Shown piece after piece: positions 7,729 through 16,752 of a stretch of DNA of 64,000 nucleotides. How positions within the stretch are numbered: the first letter of the stretch is position 1; each line of letters begins with the position of its first letter. The position numbers and the translations under genes were made by a program. The notes under the pieces are model-generated. The model was not told the DNA's origin. It was given only the letters and a program-made list of their open reading frames with translations, and made no database searches. Origin of the DNA: an uncultured Candidatus Bathyarchaeia archaeon (GTDB lineage: Archaea > Thermoproteota > Bathyarchaeia > Bathyarchaeales > Bathyarchaeaceae); NCBI GenBank assembly GCA_964418675.1, contig CAYQMM010000003.1:152202-216201 (forward strand), read 5' to 3'.

Positions 7729-9200
7729 CCTAAATCATTCTTGTATAGCAGCCGAATATCCTCGATGCCGAGCTTAAGAAGAATCAGGCGTTCCAAGCCT
7801 CCCCCCCAAGCCAACACCGGATGTTTGATGCCGAGGGGAGCCAACACTTCAGGACGGAAGATGCCCATTCCGCAGAGTTCCACCCAAGTTTTAAGTTCTG
7901 GAACGTAGACCGTGGACTGCATGGAAGGCTCTGTATAGGGGAAGTAGCTGGGCCAGAACTGCACCTTTTTCAGTCCAAGTTTCAGGTAGAATTCTTTGAG
8001 GGTTCCCATGAGGTCTCGCAGGGTCACCTTCCGGTCCATTATTATTCCTTCGATTTGATGGAATTCTGCGAGGTGTTTGTAGTCCACTTTCTCGTTGCGG
8101 TATACCCTGTCCACCGAGAAGACTTTGACGGGTGGTTCTTTATGTTCGGACAAGTAACGGATGGTTGTAGCCGTTGTGTGGGTTCTCAGCAGCAACCGCT
8201 TAGCCTCTTCGGGACTCCAACTGTATTCCCAGCCTCTGGAGCCTGTTTTCCAGCCATCCTCATGGGTCTTAGAAACAGCTTCAACAACCTCTCTTTCAGG
8301 TAGTGTTCCCTTATTTGGTTGTGCTAGGTAGAAGGTGTCCACCATATCTCTGGCAGGGTGGTCTTGCGGTTGGAAGAGTGCATCAAAGTTCCAGAAGGCA
8401 GTTTGAACTATGGAGCCACGAATCTCAGTGAAGCCCATCTCCAAAAAGATTTCTCGGACTCTCTGAATTATCTGCTGGGCAGGATGAATCTTCCCTGGAT
8501 AAACTGGAGGTCCAGGAGCCTTCACGTTGAAACGTCTAAGCTTCACTTTCCTCCATCCTCCACTTCTGATGAGTTCGGTGGTTAGTTGGCTGACCTCTCC
8601 AGAAACTTCAATTCCCTTCTTAACTAGACTCCAGCCTTCATCAGTCAACTCTAATTCTCTCAGAGCCTTCTCCTCAATTTCCGCGAGCCTCCGCCGCTTC
8701 AGAACAGAAACAGCCTTCTGCAGTTCTCTGTTAAGCTCCTCAACTGTCAGGGATTTCTTTTCGGCTAGGAGACGCAGAAGTTTTTCATCCTCTCCCAGAG
8801 GCGGTTCCCTCAAAGATTTCAGTTTGCCTTGCTTGATGGTTGCCCAGCCCTTACGATTAAGCCACCCCAAGGCGACTGATAGAAACTTTTTCTCTAAGCC
8901 TGCTTCTTCAACAACATAATTAACTGGGGCTTCGCCGCCAAGCTTGATTAACGCGTTCTGTAAACGTCGTTCGGGAAGACCCTCTTCTGAATGTTGGGTT
9001 CCCTCTTCAGTTAATGAAATCAATGATTGCTTTTTTTCATGTGTTACTAGGAGTTTCTTTTCTGAGAGGGAGAGGGCAGCCCGCATAACTGCCGCGTCAG
9101 CTAATCCGCTGATTTGCACTATCTGGTCGACAGGGGCTCTTCCTTTCAGCTTTTCTAGGGCAAGCAAGGTTTTCTGTTCATTCTCTCGAAGTTCAGCCAC
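7695..9200 (-). CDS. pheS: Phenylalanyl-tRNA synthetase alpha subunit
   Basis: The 501-aa ORF has class II motifs in its C-terminal catalytic half (FQPQDHPARD, RTHTT, GMGIFRPEVL, AWGGGLERL) and N-terminal winged-helix repeats. Confidence 0.92.
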   Translation of the reverse strand: MAELRENEQKTLLALEKLKGRAPVDQIVQISGLADAAVMRAALSLSEKKLLVTHEKKQSLISLTEEGTQHSEEGLPERRLQNALIKLGGEAPVNYVVEEAGLEKKFLSVALGWLNRKGWATIKQGKLKSLREPPLGEDEKLLRLLAEKKSLTVEELNRELQKAVSVLKRRRLAEIEEKALRELELTDEGWSLVKKGIEVSGEVSQLTTELIRSGGWRKVKLRRFNVKAPGPPVYPGKIHPAQQIIQRVREIFLEMGFTEIRGSIVQTAFWNFDALFQPQDHPARDMVDTFYLAQPNKGTLPEREVVEAVSKTHEDGWKTGSRGWEYSWSPEEAKRLLLRTHTTATTIRYLSEHKEPPVKVFSVDRVYRNEKVDYKHLAEFHQIEGIIMDRKVTLRDLMGTLKEFYLKLGLKKVQFWPSYFPYTEPSMQSTVYVPELKTWVELCGMGIFRPEVLAPLGIKHPVLAWGGGLERLILLKLGIEDIRLLYKNDLGWIRRTPVCQR

Positions 9201-9306
9201 TGACTATTCCTCCGTGACACTCAGGTTGCAACCTGTAATGGTGAACTTGGTTTAGCTTTATGACAAGAAGGCTTTAAAGGTTTCAACGTCAGTGATGGCT
9301 TTAGTT

Positions 9307-10419
9307 CTAGTTAACGCCTAATATTTCTCTTGCTTTGTCAACCTGTTTCGTTCGTCTTTTCTGATGGTCCTCAATGAATTTCAGAACTATCTCTTTTGTG
9401 CAAGCCTTGTGTTCCCCACATAAGAGCTTTCCACATTTGCAGTCGTTGTACACTTTCACCATGTAGTCGTCGTCATCAACGAAGTGGCACATCTCAATCT
9501 CGTAAATGGGACAGATTTCAGGCACTCCACCCAGCTTTCTCTGCTCCTCCACAGTGGCTCTTCCGCCCGTAAAGGCACTAGATATCTTCTTGGCTATGGT
9601 TTTGGGGCTCTCGTTCAGGGTAAAGTAGCTCATGGGATTCCGCTTAGACATTTTCGGAGAACCATCCAAGCCCTTCAGAATCTTGTGGTAAGTGGAGGAT
9701 GGAGGGATGAACTTGAATTTGCGGCGGAACTTGTTGGCTAGGTCTCTGGTTAAACGGAGGTGGGCGTCTTGGTCTACTCCTACGGGAACCACTGTTGGTT
9801 TGGGTCCCCCGAAATCTTTGAGTTGAGGCATAAGGATGTCTCCCGCCTGCACAAGGGCTGAGAGATAGAGTCCGATGTGCCGTTCTCCGTAGATGGCTTT
9901 CATCGTGGCTAAGGTCACGCCAGCCCCGAAATGAACTGCTAAGTCTCTGACTCGCAGCTCCTTATACTGCCTGTAAATGTGACCGTTTTTAGGGTCAAAG
10001 CCTAACGCTAACAGGTCTGCGACATTGCCGACAGCGATTTTCTCGGTCTTCTCGAAGGGCAGTCTGTTGTCTTCGTAGGCTTCGATGTCTGCGATGGCGT
10101 AGAAGGCTTTGGCTCCCTGCTGCTGGAAATAGATGATTTCCCGCGCGGTCATGAGGGTTCCTAGATGGAATTCGCCTGTGGGTTTGATGCCGCTCATCAC
10201 CGCAAAGTCTCCGCCCTGCTTCATCGTTTCTAGGACGCGGTCGAAGTCTCTGTGTCCGAAGATGACGCCTCGCCGCATATACATGCTGGGGTTCGGTATC
10301 TCTGGCAGAAGGGGCTTAAACTTTTGTATGCCGAATTCATCGTAGAGGTGGTCGTAGTCCTCAACCACCGTTGCTCCCCAAGGGTCAAGCACGGATTTTT
10401 TATCCTTAACATTAGCCAA
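9307..10419 (-). CDS. trpS: Tryptophanyl-tRNA synthetase (archaeal/eukaryotic type) with a Cys-rich C-terminal segment
   Basis: Motifs are DPWG..., GIKPTGEFHLGTLM (HIGH-like), VGVDQDAHLRLTRD and KMSKR (KMSKS-like). Six Cys residues fall between residues 303 and 340. Confidence 0.88.
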   Translation of the reverse strand: MANVKDKKSVLDPWGATVVEDYDHLYDEFGIQKFKPLLPEIPNPSMYMRRGVIFGHRDFDRVLETMKQGGDFAVMSGIKPTGEFHLGTLMTAREIIYFQQQGAKAFYAIADIEAYEDNRLPFEKTEKIAVGNVADLLALGFDPKNGHIYRQYKELRVRDLAVHFGAGVTLATMKAIYGERHIGLYLSALVQAGDILMPQLKDFGGPKPTVVPVGVDQDAHLRLTRDLANKFRRKFKFIPPSSTYHKILKGLDGSPKMSKRNPMSYFTLNESPKTIAKKISSAFTGGRATVEEQRKLGGVPEICPIYEIEMCHFVDDDDYMVKVYNDCKCGKLLCGEHKACTKEIVLKFIEDHQKRRTKQVDKAREILGVN

Positions 10420-10552
10420 TTTTTAAGGTTCCACCTTTGCTAAACGGGTATAGATTACAGGTTTAAAGGTTTCCGGAAGAAGAAACCACTTTTCCCGCAC
10501 CTTTCGCCTTCTAAACTCTTTTAACTCTCCAAACGTTTAATGATGTTCGTGG

Positions 10553-11461
10553 GTGACTATGGCAGTCCCTGAAGAAGATTTACAGAAATATCGGCGTGCC
10601 GGAAAAATCGCGAGGGAGGTTCGGGAAGAGATTAAGAGAACTGTCAAAGAAGGAATGCCTATCATTGATGTTTGCGAGAAGGTTGAGGAGTTAACCAGAA
10701 AGAAGGGGGGCAAACCAGCTTTTCCATGTAACGTCTCAGTTAACGAGGTTGCTGCCCATTACACATCTCCCCCCAAAGACAAGCAGACTATACCTGAGAG
10801 GTCCATAGTTAAAGTAGACATCGGCGTTCATGTTGACGGTTACATAGCCGACACAGCCACAAGCGTCTGCTTCGACCCAGAATACGTTGACATGGTGAGC
10901 ACGGCGGAAGAAGCCCTAGAAAAGGCTGTGGAGCTGCTTCGACCCGGACTCTCCATAACCCGCTTCGGCTCGGCAATTCAGAAGACCATCAAGACCCGAG
11001 GATTCAAGCCCGTCTCAAACCTCACCGGACACCTCATCAGACGCTACATAATTCACGCGGGAAAGTCTCTGCCCAACGTCTTAAGCCTCTCCGCCTCCAG
11101 AATAAAGGAGGGAGAAGTCTATGGGGTTGAACCCTTCGTAACAGTTGTTGATGCCGCTGGCAGAGTGGAGAACTTGCGGGAAGCCCACATCTTCCGCTAC
11201 GCTAAACACAAGTCCCTGAAAGACCCCTACGCCAAACAGATTTTGAATTATATCAGGAAGAATTTTTTGACGCTGCCTTTCACTGAGAGGTGGCTGAGCA
11301 GATTCTCGTCGTCCGATGGCTACAAAAACGCCTTCTCTGAGCTTCTCTCATCCAAAGCTGTTGTAGGCTACCCTGTCTTTGTTGAAGCAAGCAAAAAACT
11401 TGTGGCACAAGCAGAACACACGATTATGATTGTTAAAGACGGATGTGCAGTATTAACCTGA
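10553..11461 (+). CDS. map: Methionine aminopeptidase, type 2 (archaeal)
   Basis: AGKIAREV..., FPCNVSVNEVAAHY, VKVDIGVHVDGYIADTA and AQAEHTIMI show the typical MetAP2 metal-ligand pattern in about 300 aa. Confidence 0.9.
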   Translation: MTMAVPEEDLQKYRRAGKIAREVREEIKRTVKEGMPIIDVCEKVEELTRKKGGKPAFPCNVSVNEVAAHYTSPPKDKQTIPERSIVKVDIGVHVDGYIADTATSVCFDPEYVDMVSTAEEALEKAVELLRPGLSITRFGSAIQKTIKTRGFKPVSNLTGHLIRRYIIHAGKSLPNVLSLSASRIKEGEVYGVEPFVTVVDAAGRVENLREAHIFRYAKHKSLKDPYAKQILNYIRKNFLTLPFTERWLSRFSSSDGYKNAFSELLSSKAVVGYPVFVEASKKLVAQAEHTIMIVKDGCAVLT

Positions 11462-11607
11462 ACGGCTATTTTTGTATTCTAGCATGTAACTTATTTTCTA
11501 GGTTGTTAAGAATCGTAATTGCATCTTTATAATAATAAGTATTTTTCAAGGAAAAACATTAATGTAACTTATTTCCTATTTGCTATTTCTTTGGGGGCTG
11601 GGGAGTT

Positions 11608-12375
11608 GTGAGAAGAAAACAATTCTCAAAATTAGGCACTTTGTTTATGTTTTTTTTAGCTTTACTTCCGTTGATTTTTGTGGTAGCAAAGGTTGAAGCA
11701 GTGGCAGAGGTTACTATTGGTTCGAATACAGGCTACATCGACTCTCTAGGTTATTATAATGTTGTGGGTGAAGTTCAAAACGTTGGAGACCAAGCTGCGA
11801 GGTTTGTAGAGATTTCAGCAACATTTTATGATTCTGGCGACGTTGTTGTTGGAACTAGCTTCACTTTTTCATCGGTAGATGTTCTCTTGGTTGGCAAAAG
11901 ATCTCCTTTCAAAATTATATTTATGGACACGAGCCAATCATCGAAGGTAGACCATTATTCTCTTAATGTGGACTTGGACTCTACTGCTTCCCTTCCTGAA
12001 GGTCTTGAAATTCTATCACATAGTTCATACATTGATGAGATTGACTATATGCACATAGTTGGTGAAGTAAAGAACAAAGCTGCTGAAAAAGCCACATATG
12101 TTCAAGTAATAGCTACTTGCTATGATGGAGCAGGTAATGTCGTAGATGAAAGTTTCACATTTTCAGACCCCAGCGACATAGAAGCAGGTGAAGAAGCTCC
12201 TTTTGAGATTCTAATAATGAGTGAACAAGTAGATTCTGTCGATTCATATGAGTTAACAGCAGAATCCGTAGAGTATGCCGAAATACCCGAATTCAATTCA
12301 TATCTTTTATTGCTAGTTTTCCTACCCTGCATTACGTTTGTTATCTTTGTTCTCAAACGTAGGCTTACTAACTGA
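11608..12375 (+). CDS. Secreted protein with two tandem FxLYD-like domains and a PEF-CTERM-type anchor
   Basis: It has an N-terminal signal/TM (LGTLFMFFLALLPLIFVV) and two ~100-aa repeats (NVVGEVQNVGDQAARFVEISATFYDSGDVVV and HIVGEVKNKAAEKATYVQVIATCYDGAGNVV). The C-terminus is IPEFNSYLLLLVFLPCITFVIFVLKRR. Confidence 0.7.
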   Translation: MRRKQFSKLGTLFMFFLALLPLIFVVAKVEAVAEVTIGSNTGYIDSLGYYNVVGEVQNVGDQAARFVEISATFYDSGDVVVGTSFTFSSVDVLLVGKRSPFKIIFMDTSQSSKVDHYSLNVDLDSTASLPEGLEILSHSSYIDEIDYMHIVGEVKNKAAEKATYVQVIATCYDGAGNVVDESFTFSDPSDIEAGEEAPFEILIMSEQVDSVDSYELTAESVEYAEIPEFNSYLLLLVFLPCITFVIFVLKRRLTN

Positions 12376-12417
12376 CCCCCTTTTGCAACCAAAAGTTATG
12401 GTGTCGTCTTTTCGGAT

Positions 12418-12822
12418 TTATTCTTGTTCTTTTTTCTTGGTTTCGCGGTAGATAGCGGTTATCTTCATTGTGTCATCGCATTTCTGGCAGGGTCCAGTTT
12501 CTTTGAAGATAAAGTCTCCTCTCTGAAAGTCTCGAATGTTCTTGAAATCGCACTTTGGACACTCCAGCGTAGTTATCACCCGAGGCATCTCAAAGAGTGT
12601 GCGCATGGGTTTTGGCCTTGTCTGCAAGAGCATGTATCCCGAGAGAGCAAGCCCAAAGAGACCTATAGCCAAGAAGGTGTACGAGTTGGGGAGGTCGTTT
12701 TGATTGACAATGATGTCAAATGCCACATAGAGTGCGCTCAACGACAGAACAAATAACACCAAAATTATCACAAGATATAAAGAAGAAACCCTTCTAACCG
12801 GCTCAACACCACCATCAGCCAT
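12418..12822 (-). CDS. Membrane protein with a C-terminal zinc ribbon
   Basis: Two predicted TM helices are followed by CPKCDF...CQKCDD. Confidence 0.55.
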   Translation of the reverse strand: MADGGVEPVRRVSSLYLVIILVLFVLSLSALYVAFDIIVNQNDLPNSYTFLAIGLFGLALSGYMLLQTRPKPMRTLFEMPRVITTLECPKCDFKNIRDFQRGDFIFKETGPCQKCDDTMKITAIYRETKKKEQE

Positions 12823-12832
12823 ATCTTTTCAC

Positions 12833-13957
12833 CTACTGTCCAATCCCTATCGTATTTCCTATCCCCGCTATTATGACGTTATCCCCATCCTTGGTTCTTT
12901 CCAGAAGCAGACGTTTAATTCGCTTAATCACCGGGTCAACTGCGTCGAAAACTTCTTTCCGCATGGGGGAAACTGCGTCTCCGAGGTCCTCCTTGACGAT
13001 AATCGCGTTCACAGGAATCTTATGTTTAACTATTGCATCCTCTATCTTGAACTGTTCAACACCCGGTCCGCCGATGGCGGCACCTACTCCCTCAGCCACT
13101 TCCCCAACTTGTTCACCTTCAAGTTTCAGCGCCGCGTCAATCATGATTATTGTAGAAATATTCCCTTTCTTCTCCTCTATGATCTTTCTTATTCCGTCTC
13201 CAGGTTTGCCCACGTTTCCTCCCGGACCCGTTGCCTTCAAAACATAAGCTGTTCGACCATCTATGGGCACTGTGGCTGCAACCACATCCTTGGCTACTTC
13301 TCTCGTTTTACATCCCTGCATTAGTTTGGCGGCGACCAATGCACCGGCGCCGTCACCGATGGGTTGACCAACTGCGAAAGCCCTCAGAGCCTGGGCGTAG
13401 GCTTCGGCTTGCTTCATAATCATGGGGAGAACCATCTGAACCTGCATGATGACATAAAGGCTATTAGTTTTTTTGCCTAGGAGATAGAAGTGTCGGATAA
13501 TCTTGTAGATCATGTTTAGCGCCATGGCAGCCTCCAAGGTGTTCTCAAGATTGTTCAACTGCGTTTCATCTGCTTCAGGTGCCATGAGCTTCACTTCATC
13601 TTTGAAGCGGACATCTCTAACGTCAAGGATATGTTCCAGCTTCCAGACTATGCCCGAAGGATCCATGCCCTGAGGAGTTATTGCTATGTATTCCAGAAAC
13701 TGGTCTATTCTCTCAGCGGGGTCTCCTTGGGGTTTCCCTATCTCCTTAATCGTCTCCATGGCTACCTTTCGGCCATCGTCTCGGATTAAATTCAGGCGAC
13801 GCAGATGGCTTTCGACTTCTCTGAGCATTATTCTCGTCTGAAAGCGTTGCCCGTAAAACAGGAATAATACAAAGATGGCGGAGATTGCAAACTGAATAAT
13901 CACTGAGATAGTGTTATCTCCAGCAGGAAGCAACAGCGAAGTTTGGGGAAGCATCAT
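12833..13957 (-). CDS. Conserved archaeal membrane-anchored protein (DUF1512-like)
   Basis: The 374-aa ORF has an N-terminal TM and then a soluble domain. The family assignment is from memory of DUF1512-type archaeal proteins and was not verified. Confidence 0.5.
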   Translation of the reverse strand: MMLPQTSLLLPAGDNTISVIIQFAISAIFVLFLFYGQRFQTRIMLREVESHLRRLNLIRDDGRKVAMETIKEIGKPQGDPAERIDQFLEYIAITPQGMDPSGIVWKLEHILDVRDVRFKDEVKLMAPEADETQLNNLENTLEAAMALNMIYKIIRHFYLLGKKTNSLYVIMQVQMVLPMIMKQAEAYAQALRAFAVGQPIGDGAGALVAAKLMQGCKTREVAKDVVAATVPIDGRTAYVLKATGPGGNVGKPGDGIRKIIEEKKGNISTIIMIDAALKLEGEQVGEVAEGVGAAIGGPGVEQFKIEDAIVKHKIPVNAIIVKEDLGDAVSPMRKEVFDAVDPVIKRIKRLLLERTKDGDNVIIAGIGNTIGIGQ

Positions 13958-14155
13958 CAGTAGTCACATCTGTGAAAGACCACATAGTTGGTAATAAATT
14001 TTGAGTATTTCCCAGAATGATTTAGCGAAAGTATTAGTGAATAGGATATGAAGATGTTTCGCAAAGAGCATGCTGTCAGTTCCCCTGAATTAAGGTGAAA
14101 CATAAAGTATTCTTAACTGGGTGCCGACGGTCTTTTAAGACCTGAGAAGATTGAA

Positions 14156-14280
14156 GGGGTTGCCAGCTTTCCCGGGTTCACGTGGCCGAAGACCACACTA
14201 GCACCAGGAACGGAGCGTGGTTTAACTTCTGAGTTCGGAATGGGATCAGGTGGGTCCCACGCCCTATGGCCGGCAACCCC
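14156..14280 (-). rRNA. rrf: 5S ribosomal RNA (stand-alone)
   Basis: The reverse strand reads GGGGUUGCCGGCCAUAGGGCGUGGGACCCACCUGAUCCCAUUCCGAACUCAGAAGUUAAACCACGCUCC...CCCGGGAAAGCUGGCAACCCC. The termini are complementary and the conserved CCGAAC...GAAGUUAA core is present. Confidence 0.92.
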
Positions 14281-14476
14281 AATATCTTCCCTAGCTTTGG
14301 TTCATTAAGGTTTCGCTTGGTCTTCAAAAGTTGGATAATCCTATACGTGGGCGGAGCTTTTTTTGGGATTCGTACAAAGGAGGAGTTGCTTTTTTTAACG
14401 GTCACTAGCTTTGCCTAATGAACGTCAGTTCATCTTTTTGGTGCACAATCACAAATCAATATAAAGATGACAGAGA

Positions 14477-15085
14477 ATGGTTTTGATAAGGAGGAAATTC
14501 AAGGTCGTGTCAAAAGAGAATTTCTTAGAAATTATTGGTAATCTCTCTAAATTTCATCGGGAACATGAAAAATTTTATGGCGAAGCTCCTCTGAAGACAG
14601 CAGTCAAGATACAGGATGCCTCAAAAACCTTGAAGACACTAGCGGATAGATGGAATATTTTGAAGCAAACTGAGAAAACAGAAGGAAATCCCTACATGGG
14701 CTGTGAGGACCTAAATGAGAAAGCCACCATACAACATGATGGATTATTATTCATGGAGGGAGAAGACGAACCTACAGAAATATTCCAACTAAAACGGGAT
14801 TTGAAAAACATTGCAGAAGACTTTCAACGTTCTGGTAATTGGTTATCAAAGGCGATGGAAAACTCTTGGAAGGCAGCAATACAGTTAATGAAAATTCCTA
14901 CTTTAGAAGATGTATTAGGAGAAAGACATAGGATAATCATTAATGATTGGCAAGCGGCATGCCTGAGTAGTCTTGTGGCTAGATTGCTTCTAAGATCACT
15001 TCTAATACTGGATCAGATTGATTTCAGCCCCAAGGCAATAAGAACGGATATTTCAAACAAAAAGAGATACCCACATCTCTTGTAG
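14477..15085 (+). CDS. Hypothetical protein (possibly frameshifted near its 3' end)
   Basis: This is a 202-aa ORF. A coding-looking continuation in another frame is open from about 15060 to 15215 (SASELLDRAADLSSEFAMLVHDNERRWRVFHERVQKLKSHEV). Confidence 0.45.
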   Translation: MVLIRRKFKVVSKENFLEIIGNLSKFHREHEKFYGEAPLKTAVKIQDASKTLKTLADRWNILKQTEKTEGNPYMGCEDLNEKATIQHDGLLFMEGEDEPTEIFQLKRDLKNIAEDFQRSGNWLSKAMENSWKAAIQLMKIPTLEDVLGERHRIIINDWQAACLSSLVARLLLRSLLILDQIDFSPKAIRTDISNKKRYPHLL

Positions 15086-15264
15086 TTCAGCCTCAGAACT
15101 ATTGGATCGAGCTGCAGATCTTTCTAGCGAATTCGCTATGTTAGTTCATGATAACGAGAGGAGATGGAGAGTATTTCACGAGCGAGTTCAGAAGTTAAAA
15201 TCACATGAAGTATAGAAATTGAGGGATACGCTTTTCGGCGTATCTGGTAACTTGTGGCAGCTAT

Positions 15265-16416
15265 CTATAAGATCAGGTGATTTGATGCTTCCATTTCTTC
15301 TATGTTGGTTTTTGTCAAAGTTTTTATTTTGCTTAGTTCTGCGATTTCTCCGTAGCCCACGAGGGTTATAGCGGTTCCTTCGCCTCCCATTCTGGCGGTT
15401 CTTCCGATTCTATGGAAATAAACCAGTGCATCCAAGGGGACATCATAGTTTATTATATGGGTTATTCCCTGGATGTCCAAACCTCTTGCAGCAACATCGG
15501 TTGCAACAAGCATTTTTAGTTTTCCTTTTCTGAACGAGTTGCTAACGCGGTCTCTTTGTGCTTGAGTGAAGCCAGCATGTAATGATTGTGCGTCGTATCC
15601 GTTTGCGTTTAGCTTGTTTGCTAGCCAATCTGTTCCTCTGCGGGTGTTACAGAATATAATGGCTTTTCCAATGTTATTATGCTTCATTATATCGAGTAAA
15701 TACTCAAATTTGTTCCAATGATTTACCACTGCATAGTACTGGTTCAGCTGTGTAAGAGCTATCTCGTCTTTGCTTACAAGTATCTTTTCAGGGTTCTTCA
15801 TGTATCTGTGGCACACACTCATCACTGATTCATCAATGGTTGCCGAGAAGAGGCTTAACTGCCTCTTTGCCGGCACTCTTGAGAGTATGTAGTCAATGTC
15901 ATCTATGAATCCCATGTCAAGCATCCTGTCAGCTTCGTCAAGAACAACAATATTCGTTGATGACAGATTCAATGTTCCTCGTCTCAGATGGTCTATTACA
16001 CGACCCGGCGTACCAACAACAATATGGACGCCTCTCCTCAGTTCACTGATTTGTTTTTGGATCGGTTCTCCGCCGTAAACGGCTAGAACCTTCAGCATTG
16101 TATATCTGCTGAATCGGCGTATGCGCTGGGCAACCTGTATGGCGAGTTCACGTGTTGGCGCTAAAACTAAGCCTTGAACCCCCTTGATTTTTGGGTTTAC
16201 GCGTTCAACCATAGGAATTCCGAAAGCCGCAGTTTTGCCGGTTCCGGTTTGTGCTTGCCCAATGACATCCTTTCCTTCAAGTAATGGGATTATTGCTTGA
16301 GCTTGAATTGGAAAAAGATTGCTGAATCCAAGCTCCTCTATCCCTTTCATGACTTCTGGACATAAGGGCAAGTCTTCGAAGTTTTCTATTTGCATATTTA
16401 TTATTCCTCCTGTCAC
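15265..16416 (-). CDS. DEAD-box ATP-dependent RNA helicase
   Basis: Motifs are AQTGTGKT, PTRELA, VLDEADRMLDMGF, SAT and HRIGRTAR. The real start is probably MQIENFEDL, eight codons in. Confidence 0.92.
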   Translation of the reverse strand: MTGGIINMQIENFEDLPLCPEVMKGIEELGFSNLFPIQAQAIIPLLEGKDVIGQAQTGTGKTAAFGIPMVERVNPKIKGVQGLVLAPTRELAIQVAQRIRRFSRYTMLKVLAVYGGEPIQKQISELRRGVHIVVGTPGRVIDHLRRGTLNLSSTNIVVLDEADRMLDMGFIDDIDYILSRVPAKRQLSLFSATIDESVMSVCHRYMKNPEKILVSKDEIALTQLNQYYAVVNHWNKFEYLLDIMKHNNIGKAIIFCNTRRGTDWLANKLNANGYDAQSLHAGFTQAQRDRVSNSFRKGKLKMLVATDVAARGLDIQGITHIINYDVPLDALVYFHRIGRTARMGGEGTAITLVGYGEIAELSKIKTLTKTNIEEMEASNHLIL

Positions 16417-16598
16417 AAAATTTTTTGCACGCAGTCTTCAAAAGCCTTCAAAAGCCTCGAGTTAAGCATGAATGATTAATGTGACGATAACAGCCAACAT
16501 GTATCCCCCATATAAAAAGGTTTACCCTGTACACAAGCCAACACTAAATTAAGTACACCAGATAAAATTTGTCAAAAGCAAAAAGTAATGGGAGTTTT

Positions 16599-16752
16599 TG
16601 GTCGGGCGGGCGGGATTTGAACCTGCGACAGTCCGGTTTCTGTACGCTTGATAGGCTGGGTGATGCCCACCACCGGGTAGGCGTCTACAGCGTCTCCGTC
16701 AGCTTGGAAGTCAAGCTGGCTCGGAAGCTCTACCAAGCTGAGCTACCGCCCG
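16599..16752 (-). tRNA. tRNA-Tyr(GUA) with two insertions in the anticodon arm (30 nt at 31/32 and 47 nt at the canonical 37/38 position); CCA is encoded
   Basis: The reverse strand reads CGGGCGG-UA-GCUC-AGCUUGGUA-GAGC-U-UCCGA-[30 nt, genome 16691-16720]-CUGUAG-[47 nt, 16638-16684]-A-CCGGA-CUGUC-GCAGG-UUCAAAU-CCCGC-CCGCCCG-A-CCA. C1:G72 plus A73 is the archaeal Tyr identity set. The anticodon GUA is at 16686-16688. Confidence 0.75.

Noticed and set aside
16691-16720. A neat BHB-like fold for the first tRNA-Tyr insertion, using UCCG/CGGA as the central 4-bp helix with AGC and GAC bulges.
   Set aside because: Cleavage at the standard positions in those bulges would leave three extra nucleotides (AG|C...) in the anticodon stem and destroy the 5-bp stem / 7-nt loop geometry. 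It cannot be the productive splice structure as drawn.
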